DNA of 47,478 nt from Bugula neritina (lineage: Eukaryota > Animalia > Bryozoa). The stretch spans positions 1 to 47,478 of the forward strand of contig CAXIUT010000004.1 in NCBI GenBank assembly GCA_964035545.1, in the 5' to 3' direction. The notes beneath the pieces were generated by a model. The model made no database searches, was not told where the DNA came from, and saw nothing but the letters and a program-made list of their open reading frames with translations. The position numbers and the translations under genes were made by a program. Numbering within the stretch: the first letter of the stretch is position 1; every line of letters begins with the position of its first letter. Of this stretch, positions 46,251-47,478 are shown one piece after another.

Positions 46251-46907
46251 ATGATGGTATACCTGAAAATCAGGCGTTCAAAAAGCCAGATACGCGCGAC
46301 CGGTTTGCGCTATGCAACCCCGATAGTGATCACGAAAACCGCTAAATACGGTGATGTACTAAGTGAAAGAGTGATTTCCATTAAAAAACCGATACTGATT
46401 ACTGGTGAGCCGGATTCAGGTAAAACCCGCTGGCTCAATCGCTTGCATAAACATGCAGTAGAGATTTGGGGATTTAAAAGTAAATCTGAGCCACTGTGGC
46501 TGGAGGCACGGCAACCAGTGGTGGAATGGTTTAAAGCACCTGCGGTAAAAATCTGGTGGCGACAACAGCAGAAAACACGCCCGGAGTCTGAACGCCAAAC
46601 CTGGACATCACTCAACCATAAGGAACGCTCACAGGTATTAGTGGATTACTGCAAAGGTACCGGGGCAGTCGTCTTTCTTGATGATGCACATAAACTGGGT
46701 GGCTCGGCGCTGACACTGGCAAAGCAATGCATAGCGGCAGCACGGGTATGGGTTGTCGCTGCTTATCGGGAGCCACATATTCCAGCGCAGTTACTGGAGA
46801 CAATGGAGAACACTTCAACACAACGCTTTGAGTTGTATTTTTTTCCTAAAGCACAGCGGATCTATCGAACCGATAAGCCTGTGTTTGCTGAAACACCGCC
46901 CAACTAA
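46251..46907 (+). CDS. P-loop NTPase paralog (duplicate of 5088..5744)
   Basis: Identical translation. Confidence 0.8.
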   Translation: MMVYLKIRRSKSQIRATGLRYATPIVITKTAKYGDVLSERVISIKKPILITGEPDSGKTRWLNRLHKHAVEIWGFKSKSEPLWLEARQPVVEWFKAPAVKIWWRQQQKTRPESERQTWTSLNHKERSQVLVDYCKGTGAVVFLDDAHKLGGSALTLAKQCIAAARVWVVAAYREPHIPAQLLETMENTSTQRFELYFFPKAQRIYRTDKPVFAETPPN

Positions 46908-47478
46908 ACCTCAACTTTGCGCCGTTCAATCCACTCATAAAGCGTACTGGGTGAACAATCCACCAGCTTACAAATAGCCCGTTTGCTGATCCCGAGTTCC
47001 AAATATTTGCGGATCTCCTTGCTCTTATTATCCAACTTTACCCGCTTAGCTTTACCCTTTGGCCGCCCCAAAACCATGCCTTCAGCCTTGCGTTTTGCCA
47101 GTGCTTCCTTAGTCCGCATCGAGATAAATTCGCGCTCAATCTCAGCCGCTAAACCCAAAACTGTCGCCGTGATTCTGGAGTTTAACGAGTCATCAAATAC
47201 CATGTTCTGCTTCACGATATGCACGACAAATTCACGCTCCGCGCAGTAGGCTAACACCTCTAAAATTTGCAGTACGGAACGTGCCATTCTGGAGACTTCC
47301 GCAAACAAGATTGTGTCACCTGGCTGCATGGTTTTGGTCAGCAGCTCACCCATTTTTCTATCCTTCCAATTGGTCTTACCTGAGGCGTTATCTTCCACAA
47401 ATTGCAGGCCTCCCAAATTATGCGTATTTGCATATTCGAGAATTCCGTGGCGTTGATTATCAACGTCCTGATCATCAG
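46904..47478 (-). CDS. Serine recombinase, 5'-truncated at window edge (duplicate of 5741..6346)
   Basis: Identical to the 3' part of the first copy. Confidence 0.9.
   Translation of the reverse strand, partial: DDQDVDNQRHGILEYANTHNLGGLQFVEDNASGKTNWKDRKMGELLTKTMQPGDTILFAEVSRMARSVLQILEVLAYCAEREFVVHIVKQNMVFDDSLNSRITATVLGLAAEIEREFISMRTKEALAKRKAEGMVLGRPKGKAKRVKLDNKSKEIRKYLELGISKRAICKLVDCSPSTLYEWIERRKVEV

Larger units (their letters stand above)
41164..47478. repeat. Direct terminal repeat, copy 2 of 1..6315
   Basis: Same sequence and ORFs at offset 41163. Confidence 0.97.

Noticed and set aside
41164-47478. Real 6.3-kb tandem duplication or amplification
   Set aside because: Copies look identical, sit exactly at both window ends and break mid-gene, so a circular overlap is simpler

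Overview
The window is one complete, apparently gammaproteobacterial plasmid of 41,163 bp followed by a second copy of its first 6,315 bp (1..6315 recurs at 41164..47478), most likely an untrimmed circular-assembly overlap. The backbone has a TrfA-family replication initiator with a downstream iteron/DnaA-box origin, a ParA plus small RHH partition pair, a serine recombinase, KilA-N, DEDDh-exonuclease and KorC-like genes. I found no relaxase, T4SS or toxin-antitoxin genes. About 28 kb (14.4-42.7 kb) is heavy-metal and envelope cargo, with five MerR-type long-spacer promoters: a merR-merT-merP-merF cluster lacking merA and followed by an ISAba1-like IS4 element; DsbA/DsbB/SCO/PCuAC/TlpA redox and Cu-chaperone genes; HupE and CbiL-like genes; lnt, lolA and an M23 peptidase; and a copL-copAB-cupredoxin-copCD-cytochrome c-CopG cluster. 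The least explained parts are (i) a translationally coupled four-gene operon (membrane-anchored P-loop ATPase, apparent single-repeat 'half-TolC', YdjM-like membrane hydrolase, exported PD-(D/E)xK-like protein) with a soluble ATPase paralog, and (ii) a 1.8-kb gene-poor tract of long hairpins with GNA mini-loops, including a hairpin built from two inverted dif-like sites, next to a split HsdS-like/KorC-like gene pair. All family calls come from motif recognition by eye; no searches were run.
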